From NCBI RefSeq assembly GCF_964204865.1, contig NC_135256.1, positions 15,004,001 to 15,068,000 of the forward strand: 64,000 nt of DNA. The letters are read 5' to 3'. Each line of letters starts with the position of its first letter. Position 1 is the first letter of the stretch. Shown here one piece after another: positions 1-12,009 of the stretch. Position numbers and translations under genes: made by a program. Source of the stretch: Styela clava. Lineage: Eukaryota. The notes under the pieces were generated by a model. That model made no database searches. It was not told the origin of the DNA and worked only from the letters and a program-made list of their open reading frames with translations.

Positions 1-126
1 GCGGATCAAGGTAAGCCTATTTCATTTCGGCTGTTTTCGATACTTTACAATTAAAATATTTTACCTGTGCTTGCTTGCAGCAGGGTTATAATACAGTAAT
101 AATAGTATTTTCACAAAATCTGAAAG

Positions 127-419
127 CAATGGATGCAAGAGCCATGCTTCAAAAATGGTTAGGGAATAACATGCGGATCAAGATGTCAGATGGCCGGACA
201 TTGATTGGAGAATTCTTATGTACAGATCAACAAAGGAATATAATACTTGGTTCGGCTCAGGAATACTTGCAATATACTGAGAATGATTGTTTGGAAGAAC
301 CCAGAATGCTTGGCCTGGCCATGGTTCCTGGTAGACATATTGAGAGTTTACAAATTGATATGCAACCAAATTCAGTGATTTTGCATGGCACTGAAGAACA
401 AGATGTTGGCCCTTTCTAA
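127..419 (+). CDS. NAA38: N-alpha-acetyltransferase 38, NatC auxiliary subunit (LSm domain, LSMD1); last exon. An upstream exon ends at 10 (GTAAG donor at 11).
   Basis: Translation MRIKMSDGRTLIGEFLCTDQQRNIILGSAQEYL...EPRMLGLAMVPGRHI matches the NAA38/Mak31 Sm-like signature. ATG at 129. Splicing 10 to 127 (AG at 125-126) keeps the frame (ADQA-MDAR), so the true start may lie left of the window. Confidence 0.92.
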
Positions 420-1052
420 AGATTAACGGAGGATAACACTGACCATAGCGTGAGGTTCAAGAATGGAGGTGTGCCTCAAATCTGCATATAGACAAAGCGG
501 ACCACGTATGAATGCTAAATTGAACTCTGAATGTGTAGTTCAGTGTAATTGCTGATGGTTAAAATCTGCGACTGTGATATATTTTGCTTAGTTATAACTT
601 ATTAGATTTCAGTCTGGAGCCAGGTATTTCAAATTTGCCACATAACTTTGTTTATTTTGAGTGAACATCTGTACAACTGTGTCACACATTTAAATTAGAA
701 TATACACTATATAAAAACTGTTATTCCATCTTCTTTTTTATCTTAAATTACTGTATTCGCTAATTGATAACAATATTTAATTTTAGATTTATTTAAAGTG
801 TCACGGGTTTCTGATTATAAAAGGAATAGACTGCTTTTTACTTTATAATTTACTTCCCTATTCAATTTTATGGAATTCCATTCTTCAGTTTTTTGTGTCT
901 GGTTAGCAAGGTTATCCACCCAAGTGTTTGGAAGTATTTAGATCACTTGAACTCATACTAATCAAATCCTGTTTTCCTTTTTATCTGTATCTCACTGATT
1001 AAATTAGAATCAATAACACACCGAGACGAGTCCTGGTCAACCGGGGAATCTG

Positions 1053-3074
1053 ATGATATGTTTGCAATCTAATCGCCTTACTTCAAGCTTGAAGTTTAAA
1101 AACATATGTGGAATCTTTTATAATATTTACCCAATAAGTGCAATGGCTCAGAACAAACTTCACACAAATAATAAGGATGGCGCATTGCAAGACCTTAAAT
1201 TTGATAATCTTGCTCTACGAGAACTTCCAGTTGACACAAGCAGAGTCCCTGGCTCTCGTCAAGTGAGTGGTGCTTGCTTTTCACTTGTCACTCCAACACC
1301 TGTCAAGTCTCCCAAAGTGGTGGGAGTCTCCAAATCTGCATTATCTCTTCTAGACTTGAGTGATAACGCAATAGAGTCAAAAGATTTTGCCGAATACTTC
1401 AGCGGAAATAAAATTATGAGTGGGAGCGAGCCAGCTTCACATTGCTATTGTGGGCATCAATTTGGGTATTTTTCTGGTCAATTAGGCGATGGGGCTGCAA
1501 TGTACCTTGGCGAAGTTGTCAATAAGAGCAAACAGAGATGGGAACTTCAGCTAAAAGGATCAGGATTAACTCCATATTCACGTACAGCTGATGGAAGGAA
1601 AGTGTTAAGATCATCCATAAGAGAATTTTTGTGCAGTGAAGCAATACATAATCTTGGTATACCCACAACAAGAGCAGGTAGTTGCATTACATCAGATTCA
1701 AGGGTGATTCGAGACATATTCTATGATGGAAATCCTAAAAATGAACAATGTACTGTGATATCACGTATCGCAGAAACTTTCATTAGATTTGGATCATTTG
1801 AAATTTTTAAACCAACAGACGAAGAGACTGGTCGAGCAGGACCTAGCGTTGGTCAGACTGATCTTTTACACAAAATGCTCAAATATGTTTCCAGTACATT
1901 CTTTCCTGACATAGTAGAAAGATTCCCTGACGAAGAAACAAAACTTGTTGAAATGTATCGTGAAATTTGTCATAAAACTGCCAAACTTGTAGCCAAGTGG
2001 CAATGTGTTGGATTTTGTCATGGCGTGTTGAACACAGATAATATGAGCATAGTTGGTCTAACTATAGATTATGGACCGTTTGGGTTTATGGAACGATACG
2101 ACCCAAATTATGTTTGCAATGGATCTGATGATGGTGGAAGGTACTCGTACAAAAACCAACCTGATATATGTGAATGGAATTTGAAAAAGTTGGCCGAAGC
2201 GATCAAGGAAGCGGTTCCATTAGCAAAAACTACACCAGTACACGACGATTATAGAAAGGTATACGATGCAGAGTATATATCAATCATGAGGCAAAAATTA
2301 GGGCTTCACAAGGAGGGAGAACAAGATCTAAAGTTGATTGAAGATCTGCTGAAAACTATGGAAGAAACCAGCGCCGATTTTACAAATACGTTTCGATCAC
2401 TATCTTCTATGTCTCTTCCAGGAATGGAAAATTTTAGTAAATCCAGAGGGGAGACGATAAAATTAGTCTCGTTAACATGCTTCAACCTTCAAGAGCTGAA
2501 AACAATTTATAAACCACGAATGAATCCGCAGCAACTTCAATCCATATTAGCGCTTGTTCGTGAAAATCCTGCTTTCTTACAAATCATGACAGGCGGAAGA
2601 ATGGGAATGATTATGACTGAAATGAATAATCTGGAAAAAATGGAGAAATTAGATGACATGACAGAAGATAGTTTGAAAAAGGAAAACGTTGAAAAATGGA
2701 CAAAATGGTTCGATAAATATGAAAAACGGTTAGCCGATGAAGCATCCGTTTCTAATAACCTTGTAGAACTGAATGAGAATCGTATTAGTATGATGAATAA
2801 AACGAATCCTGCATTTATTTTGAGAAATTGCGTTGCACAGAATGCTATTGAGGAAGCTGAGAATGGTAATTATGGAGAAGTACATAAACTGCTGAATCTA
2901 TTGGAACATCCATTTGATGAAATTCATGTCACCAAACCTTCAACTCAAGAAATAGCTGAAACGAGCGCAAGTTGCCAACAAGGAGTGAGCGATGACGATA
3001 ATCAAACTATGCAATATTCTTTAAATAAGACGCCTATGTGGGCATTACAACTTAAGGTCACCTGATCCTCTTAG
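1053..3074 (+). CDS. SELENOO: Selenoprotein O (protein adenylyltransferase, pseudokinase fold); intronless, 673 aa, Sec encoded by UGA 3063-3065
   Basis: SelO motifs YCGHQFGYFSGQLGDGAA, ELQLKGSGLTPYSRTADGRKVLRSSIREFLCSEA, HGVLNTDNMS, IDYGPFGF, NPAFILRN. 3' end reads GTC ACC TGA TCC TCT TAG = V-T-U-S-S-stop, the conserved SelO C-terminus. SECIS downstream. The first ~30 aa are basic/hydroxylated with no acidic residues, as expected of a mitochondrial presequence. Confidence 0.96.
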
Positions 3075-3283
3075 AAACTTTCTTCATATTAGTGTTTGGT
3101 GAATAATAGTAATATTGACATGCTTGTACAAAACTTGCCAAATAATGGGAGTCTGCATTTGCTTCGGCCATTCATTCAATGTGCATGAATTTGTTAATTG
3201 GCATCATTATCTTTTATAAATGTCAACTATTATCTGATTTCACCATTCACATGATATTATTTTGTTGCAGTACTGGTAATTTC

Positions 3284-3289
3284 AATAAA
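3284..3289 (+). promoter_or_regulatory. Candidate proximal poly(A) signal AATAAA in the SELENOO 3'UTR, upstream of the SECIS; distal ATTAAA at 3429-3434
   Basis: Canonical hexamer followed by U/GU-rich sequence. Whether it is used cannot be seen from DNA. Confidence 0.45.
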
Positions 3290-3302
3290 GTTGAAAAACT
3301 TA

Positions 3303-3366
3303 TTGGATTTTTCATGATGGTAAATTCATAAACCCGGATATGCTGGGATGTTTTTGCTTGAACCCA
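3303..3366 (+). promoter_or_regulatory. SECIS element (form II) of SELENOO
   Basis: AUGAU core at 3314-3318. 11-bp helix II GGUAAAUUCAU/AUGUUUUUGCU with two U.U mismatches. Unpaired AAA at 3330-3332. Apical mini-stem CCCGG-AUAUG-CUGGG. 3' UGAA at 3359-3362. Lies ~250 nt after the in-frame UGA. Confidence 0.9.
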
Positions 3367-3919
3367 CTGGTACTGCAGCATGCTATTGTGAATAAGTAAT
3401 TCTCTGTTAGATGCAATATATTTGTTGAATTAAACTATACATCTCATTCGTTGAGCTTACTTTCACATCAAAAAGCACCAGAAACTCCATATTTTTGCTT
3501 AGATACACAATGCTGTTGGCCTATCACCCATAGTTTGCCGTATTCATATAGGTTTGTTTGTTGTTGGGAAGCCTCGTACACCAGTATGCTCTTCTTTGGT
3601 GCTTCCAATCAGGTCTTTGTATTTAATGGGGCTCTACCTGAATAAGTTTGGGTGCTTTAACTCTGACTGACTACATGCAGCAGCTAGCTGAAAATCTATA
3701 CAACAAGCTATGGCATATATTGTCCAACTGACCAGTTTAATTGAAATCACCTGCCTACTAGTTCTATATGTAGTCATTGATAACAATTAGAGCCTTTTCA
3801 TTCGAAGCATTCATACATTATTAGAACTGCTTTAAAGACTTTTATTCAAAATGGAACATTCATGGGCAGAACATTATGATTGAGGAGATAAAAGACATGA
3901 TCATTTCAAATGATAATTC

Positions 3920-6900
3920 CTAAATTTTTTCTTGTTCGTCTGGCTCATCTAATTTCATTTTCTTTGGAGCAGGATCTTTGTCATCATTGCTTTGATTTGC
4001 ATCAGATTCTACATCTTTTTCCTCACTTTGAGCTGGTTCTTGATCACCATCCTGTGAGGATGGTAATAAACACTTGTTATTAGGTAGAGTACAAGATTAG
4101 GATTTTGTGGCACAAACAAGCCAAAAATTCCTGACCACTGCATTACACTGTAAATATGCTGTTTTGTTAGAGCATCTGTGATATTATGGCAACAGTAAAG
4201 TTAACAATTTAACAATATAAATCAGGCGAGCAATTACGACACTGTTCATGATTGGTTTATACTGCAAGGTGAGAGGTCACATATCTTGGGAGTTGAGTCA
4301 ACCAATTCAGCACATACACCACTGGGGCAACTGCTTTTATTTTCCCTAAGCACAACAAGATCTGAGCTTAGATCTTCAGTATGGAAGCCAGAATATTTGA
4401 TTATCACAAATGCAATTTCAAAAGTACAACGTTAAAAACAGAGTATTGTAATATGCATCCATACAATCACTTGGCATCTACTTCTACATACATGAATGAT
4501 TACCTTTGATTTGTTATCTGTGCTTTCCACAGCTTGCTGTTTTTCATCTCCAGCCTGTTGTGCTGAATTCGCCTTTAGATTTAAAAATAAATATATTTAG
4601 TGACAAAAGGGTAAAACAACCTCGGAGTAACTTCCACACAATGTAATTTTTAAATCCTATGGGTAAATAATACTTTAACTGTCGAGAACTACAATGATGC
4701 CTCTAGTACTTTCTGCTGTTTAGACTAGTTTTTATTAAGGGGAAAAATTCACATTCTGTCTATTAAACAGAACAGTTTATAAGAAAATGATTTGGTGTGC
4801 TAAATGTATGTGTTTTAGGATACAAATATCCAGAGGAACCTAACAAACACAGAATAACACAATTGCCCGATTATCTTCTAAGGATAGGATTAGGGTATCT
4901 TTTCCTCTTACTTCATCCTGCTCCATATCTTTTGTTTCTGACACAGGAGGCTCTACTTCAAAGGCAATTGGTACTTCTTCAAATTTCTTTTCTTTATCAT
5001 CCTCTGTGGTAGGCTCAGGTGGTTCAGCCAGTGATTGGAATGCAACCTAAAGCATAGATGTAATATTAAATCACTTGAATAGATATAGCCATTTGGCTTA
5101 ACATCATGATGAAAATTTTGCTTACTTTTTGTTTATTCATTTCTTTCACAATTGTCAAATACATATCATAAACATATTGATGCATCTGTGCCATATCCTT
5201 GATAACAAACTTAGGTGCAGCTGTATTGCGCAGAGTTTTTGGAGGGTAGGTTTCTCCTGTTAGTAATTCTAGTTGCATAGGTCTCATCAGTAATTGCTTG
5301 AAAGCAGGTGATAACTCAAAGCAATTTCTGAAGAGTGGAACTCTTGCAAAGATGTACAAACCCAACCTAGCTCTCGACATAGCAACAATCAATCTTCGTA
5401 CATCCCTTATGTGTCCAACTGTCTTGGTCCTGACAAGAGAGAGAAGAATGTAGTTGTTTTGTTGACCTTGGAATCTATCAACAGTGGTGATTTTATCTGG
5501 CCATCCGATGAGAGGGTTGTCACCACATCTTTGCCTGACGACATCCCTGATTAAATGCTTTTGACCATTGTACGTTGTCAAGATTGTAATTTCAGAGCTT
5601 GGATATCCAAGAAGTCGCATGTACATGAAGACACCTACACAGTATTCAGCCTCAGCTAAATTTTGATAGAAATAAGGATTGGGTTCTGATTCTCCCACTC
5701 CATTATAATCTTCAACATTTATAACTTGAAAATCAAACACGAAACCAGGATTGAACATCTTAAATTCAGGTTGTGCGAGAACATGTGGCAAATCTCTCAA
5801 TACCTTGTACCTCCAACTATAGAGACTGCGAATAGACGGCCTTGCTCTGCCTTGAGCATCGAGATCTACAGTGGGAACTCCCAACCGAACAAGCCTTGCA
5901 AATAGGGACTGCTCCATGTTACATAAACGTTGAAATGCCATGTTTTTTATCACAGGTGGTAACTGATGGTGATCTCCAATCATTATCCAACGTTTTAACC
6001 TGTTGTATCCATCTGAAGGATTTTGCAGTAACAGAGGTATAAACGTTTCAATTTCCAAGATCTGAGCAGACTCTTCCATGAGTATGTTATCATACTTGAA
6101 ATCCATTTTGGTTAAATCTTGCCTCTTTAGTGCTGCATGAGTACATGTCATAGCGATAATCTTTGCACTTTTGACAAGCAGGTAATGAGAACGATCAAGG
6201 CCAGAACGTAAAAGTTCAAACGCACGGTATTCTTGCAGTTTTTCAAAGATATTTTTAATATGCCTGAAACATCCTTGCGCAATGTCCCAATCGTGCTCAA
6301 AATCCTTTTTGGGAAAAAGAGGTTGTGGTGCATCTGCGAAGAATGAGTGAAAGGGAAATTTGTCAGACACTGTTTCAGAAGTGTTTTCATTTTTAACTTC
6401 ATGCTGGTATTGCTCCCATCTTGAAAGCACTTGATACTTGAAAAAATGTGATGCAGTTTCACAAGTGTATGAGACGTCACCAGGAACACCTAAGCTCTCT
6501 TGCAATCTACCAACATCTTTCAGAAGTGCCAATCTTTGAGTCAAAACATAGTTAACTCTCCCGTATCTTGAAAAATCTTTTTCAGTATCGAGTTCCTCTT
6601 CACCATGACCTAAACGTAGAAGGTGTCTTTCGTCAATATCTAAATGAATAAGTTTCTCAAAAAGCTGGTTCAATGCCTGGTTAGAATGAGTAACAATCAG
6701 TGTCCTCTGTTCTGGAAAGTTATGATACAAATTAGAGATGATTTGCACAGCAACGTCAGTTTTTCCAGTACCAGGAGGTCCTACAACCATGGTAAGACCA
6801 GGCTGCATTCCCGATCTGATTGCTTCAGTTTGTGTTGGAGTAAATCTGATTGTATTCTTCTGGGGAGCATTAAATGGATAAGGTCCACGATTTGGTATCA

Positions 6901-9673
6901 CGTGTGCAGTGACTGAAATTTTCTTGTCTTCAGGAAAAGACAATTTGAATGGTGGAATCGGAGTATCTGAATCCTCAGAAAGTGACACATCATAACCAGG
7001 AAATGCTTCTTTAAGATGATCCAAAGACAAGAAAGTGTCATTCCAGTCAAGATTATCAATGATGCGTCCTAACTTTTTGTAGTTCGCTGCACCAGGATCT
7101 CCATATCCTAGCAGTACATCATGTAGCCAGGTTGGTACAACACATTGTACATTCATTAGATTTCTTATTGTAGCAAGCACTGCTTTAAAGTTGTTTTCTT
7201 TTGGTTTGCGCCGCATAATGACATTGAATGTCTCATATGGATCTTGTTCACCATCTTTCAGAACTGCTTCCATATCATCTTGGTATTGATTGGTGTCTAA
7301 CCAGATTCTATAGGTACGAGTATTTCCATCAAGTTGAGGCTTTGGCTCTGGACCTTCTTCTATCACATGACCTTCACTATCAAGCATTCCTTCAATCTCA
7401 CAACCTCGTACAACTACATGGTATTTTGATAGAAATGGTACACTGCGGTCTCTTCTCACTGTTTCATCCACTTCAAGTGCTGTAACAGACAGAAGCACAC
7501 AAACATCATGCTTTCGTAGATTTTCCCATTCCGCTCTCAGTTGCCTTGATGATGACAAAGCAATTGTGACATCAGCACGAACTTGAGAAGGGCAAGACTC
7601 TGCTATATCTGGTTTGGCAACTTCCACAACGTTGAATGCCTGGATGGGTAGTGCCATTCTTGACCATCCACCAAAAGATGAAGATCCGTCATTTGTAGGA
7701 TAAGGTTGAAGACGTTTCACCGCATCTTCAATATCGCTTTTAATTTCGTACGCTGATTCAAGGCGAAAAAGGTTGAAGTTACGCAATAGGTAGTCATGAA
7801 GAGTCAAAAACTGAAGATTTAGTTTTGGAAGTGCCAATGTCCTATCATGAAAGAAGTTTTCTGTTTTTGTAAGATTCTCATCCCAAAGAACTTTTTCAGT
7901 CGGGTAAAGCGGAAGTCTGTTGATTGCTTCAAGTTGCGATGGTCGTCGTTCATACTTATTTATTAGCATTTCAAGTATAATTCGTTTGTCATCTTCTTCA
8001 CTGACCCTCATTACAATTTGATCACATAATTTTTTCATTTCTTCCAAACTTAAAGCTCCAAAATGTTTGTTGAGCGCTTCACGCTTGTCATTGTGTACTA
8101 CAGTTCCAAGAGCAAATTCCTTTAAGTTTGGAAACTTTGAAAATGCACACCTCTGCAACTTCTGCATTCGGTCATAATGTGCTGTAAGCATTTCCTAAAA
8201 TAAAAAAGTTATTACAAACACAACTCAACAGATGGATATCATTTCTAAGATGAAACATGAACAACAAACAGGAACTTTGAATTTGTCATGTTCAAAAATA
8301 ATTTATAATACGTGCTTTAATAAAGTTTAAAACATTGGTTCTTAATAAATTTTCATAATGTGTGCCCCTCTCCCAAAGACTCTTGACCATTGCACACCCT
8401 GCTCTTCTATAAAATTACCTAGTTCGACTGTTAGAATGTTTCGCTCGGTTATTTTATGCACTATGTTAAACAATAAAAAAGACAGCAAACAAAAGCAAAA
8501 AAAATAAATACATTACAGTCAAAGAGTTAAATGAGTCGCAGTCAATTTACTTGGAATTTATATAGTCAGTCTGAATGGTACTTGGTGAAGGCCTTTGCTC
8601 GTGGCTGCCTAGGAGGGCAGCAGGCCCAGTATGAAAAATCGTGGTTTGAAGGGGTATTTTGCGAAGATTTGACACATTCTCAAACATTTAATTCGATGAT
8701 TTCCATTCCAAATTTCTAGTAGGCATATTTTACATACCTGTTCTGTGAGTGCCTCCCCTGTAAGATCATTGACTTCAAAAACTGCATAAGCTGCAAGATT
8801 TTCAACAAGCTGTGAGAAAACATCATCGTTTTTGTAGAGTTGAGATTGGCGACAACGAACTACAAATTGAGCATCATCTAGTAAAGTATTGAAATTTCTT
8901 CGAGTTACGAGGCAAGAATCTAGATCAATCATCAACTGCAAAAATCTTTGACAATGATCAATAGCTTCATCATTCATATTTGTAGAAAAAAGAAGAGTGA
9001 GAAAATGATCCATCAGTTTTCGGAGAAAGCTTCTATCGAACTCAGATTTTTCATTTTCGTCATCCGAAGCTTTAGCATCTTTTTTAGCAATAGATTTCCA
9101 AAGTTTTTTGAGCTTAGTACTTTTCTTCAGTTCACTTTCCAATCTTTCTGGTAGTAAGCATTTCCAACATCCAAGTGTAAGAGTACGAAGGGTTCGTAAT
9201 CTTACAACATCAACTTCAATACTGTTATAGCAGTGATTCAAAAAAACAATGCACACGGTACGTTGGATAATTGGATGTTCTGAATTCAAAACTATTTTCA
9301 TAACTTCCGTGAAGAAATGCCCAAAATGTTCTGGCTTATCAATGAATACTTCCCATGCAGGAACACTTTCCCGTCTTTTTTCATTAACCATGCATACAAT
9401 TGACATTACAAATGCATGTGTCGATGTTTCAGGTGTAAAATTTGGCCATAAATAATTTTCTAAATACCGACTGAACTCCAGCATCATGAGCCTTCGAGGA
9501 ATGAATTCCTTGCCAACAATTTCAGTCGAAAATACTTTTTCGATTATACTTGATTGAAACTTCTCACTTTTTTCTAATGCTTCATTTGACCAATGCTTTG
9601 ATGCCAATTTTGTTAAAGGATCAAAAAGCATCTGCTCCGTAGTTGGAGCCAATCTGGCACTTTGCTTCGGCAT
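3920..9673 (-). CDS. AQR: RNA helicase Aquarius (intron-binding spliceosomal SF1 helicase), ~1446 aa; exons 9673-8738, 8194-5126, 5046-4912, 4572-4504, 4051-3920
   Basis: [41 protein letters not shown], Walker [51 protein letters not shown] phase-0 junctions join in frame. Minus-strand AATAAA at 3841-3846. Confidence 0.96.
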
Positions 9674-10044
9674 TTTGCAAATTTTCAATAATACAGTAAT
9701 AGTTATAAAGATATCTGTCAAAAATAAAAATAAATGGAGAATGAGCCCATAGTATACCTATATTCCGATATTATGAAATTTTCCCATTTCGGTATTTATT
9801 CATCACAGCGTAGAAAAAGGAAATACAGGATACAATGATAACAAAGCGTCTTCGCCCCTAGTGATATGGACATACCACTGTCTGACTGTAGACTACTAGT
9901 CCAGCAGTCATAAAGATCCATTGATTTGTCAACCAAAACAAATAAATGAAAACCATACATACAATAAATAGACACTGTTTTTCGGGAAAGACTGGAGGGA
10001 GCGATACGAATATACCATCATCCAAGTCAGCTTCCCCCGAATTC

Positions 10045-10536
10045 GGGTCTAGTGTAGTTTCGTACCTGAAGAACTTCTAGTGGGTGTAGCGTAACAATTT
10101 TTGCATACGTTATTTATTTATTTTGTTTACTGTATAGTATACCCTAAATTTATCGCGTCTTATTCTTACTTAAATAAATTCTCAGTGGTTGTGTGTGTGT
10201 GTGGCTGGTGGGTGCATGTGAGCGTGTGTGAAATAACTTAATAATTTTAGGTGAGTAAACACGTACCACTTCCTCTTGGCAAAACCTTCCATCTTATATT
10301 TTGTACGTTATAAACCTTATCTAAGGTTTTGTTTGCTCCCCTGATTTCATAATCAGTTTTTATTTATTTGTTTTTATCTGTCAAATGTATTGTTATGCTG
10401 ATTATGGAGTCGAAATAAACTTATACCTTATACTTATTATTATAATCCTAACCTCCATCTAACTACGCTATTCAAAAATTGTTATGCTACACCCACTAGA
10501 AGTAGCCTACTTCAGGTACAAAACTACACGAGACGC
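10045..10536. mobile_element. Foldback MITE with ~65-bp terminal inverted repeats
   Basis: Left gggtctagtgtagtttcgtacctgaagaacttctagtgggtgtagcgtaacaatttttgcata is mirrored at 10469-10536. Imperfect 8-9 bp TSD (c)ccgaattc/(c)ccaaattc. Internal (GT)n near 10190. Confidence 0.8.
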
Positions 10537-12009
10537 CCAAATTCACTGTTATGCATAAAATTCACAGTTATTGGATGACAATATATACAAAGGCTTATTA
10601 CAGAAATATTACAGTAGCAAACACTTATATTACATTAAAAAATAAACAAGCACAAATAGGAGGAACTCATGATTGTAGCTAAATCTCGGGTTTACCCTCC
10701 ATGGCCAAAATTATATGAGTTCAGAAGTTATTCTGTATTTGAAGAAAATTCAAGAGACAGTGCTGCAGTGTATTTGAAGCTATACCGTTACATTACATGG
10801 GGGTAAGGGTAAGTTACTCGGGTTAGAGTAAAAAAATCTTTTTAGAACCTACGGTCCCTTTATAAACGGTAATTCATTTCCATCTAAGCTTCGCTGTATT
10901 TTTTAACAGTGTCAGAGTGTTGACTTGAACTATTTTAAAAGGTCTCTTTGAGTCTTGTGTCTACCGCTATGGCACCGATAGATAATACATGTACGTTTTT
11001 CGAAGGCAACACGGACCTTGCTTCCACACAAACTTGCATGCAAAGCATGATTGTATTAAAAAATAGGTTTCGAATAAATTGCGGCTTAGCTGACATGCCT
11101 GCAGATACCGGTATCGGCACTGTTCGTATTCAAAAACCGCGGAGCAGATTAGGTGCGCAAGGTTCATTATCCCTATCAGCAGAGGGCGGCATTCGTAGTA
11201 AGTGCTGGTACGATGGTAACTGAATGATGGTACCGTATTATATAGCGAACCATGGCTTCTCGCCCAGTTATCAGTCCGATACGGTATATTATCGATAGTT
11301 ATTTACGGTGGAGTACGAAAGCCGAAACATGCAGTACAAAAAAACAGATACATGGAATTGACCACGGAGGAAGAAAGCCGAAACCAGCAGCTGTAGAAAA
11401 CACCCCACGGGCTACGAAATTATGTAACAAAGAGATTTAGGAATTGCGGTGGCAAGCTTGCTCTTAACGCAGCGTTATTAGAGGTGGATGACAAGCTTGC
11501 TTCAAAGCAAAGCACGATTCGCCAACCCCTTTCCTCAATAGAAATATCTTGCTTTAAACCTTGAGCTCCCAGGCCCAGCCAAGAGAAAACCCTTCATATT
11601 ACGACCGATTTCTCAGCATATTTTTTTTCACAATGACCCTAACCCTTCACCGTCCCCAGACAAAGATAAATTCAAACCAAATCCACTCAAGCACCAATAA
11701 GACAACTTACCACAACAAAATTATCTATAATATATCAAAATCTCTACATTCTACAAAAATATAATAGATAATTGAACATAAATAAGACAGATTTCAATCT
11801 CGTACAAAACAAATATCATGACAGGTATCATACAAAAGTTGCAAACACAAATATAAACAGCACATATGTCACGATTTTCGTCACATACATTGAACAGCAG
11901 GAAATTCCGACCAGCATACACGGAAAAACTATGGAGGTATTCACAACAGCATAGCTTCATACAACATTTGGAAACAAAACATAGGAAGCAAATGATAATG
12001 AGAAAAACA

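Noticed and set aside
3063-3065. TGA as the SELENOO stop codon, as in the ORF track
   Set aside because: Conserved U-S-S-stop context plus a SECIS indicate selenocysteine.
5842-9455. Several + strand ORFs (5842, 6644, 7228, 8948, 9249) and a - strand alternative frame at 6148
   Set aside because: Antisense or alternative-frame shadows of AQR exons.
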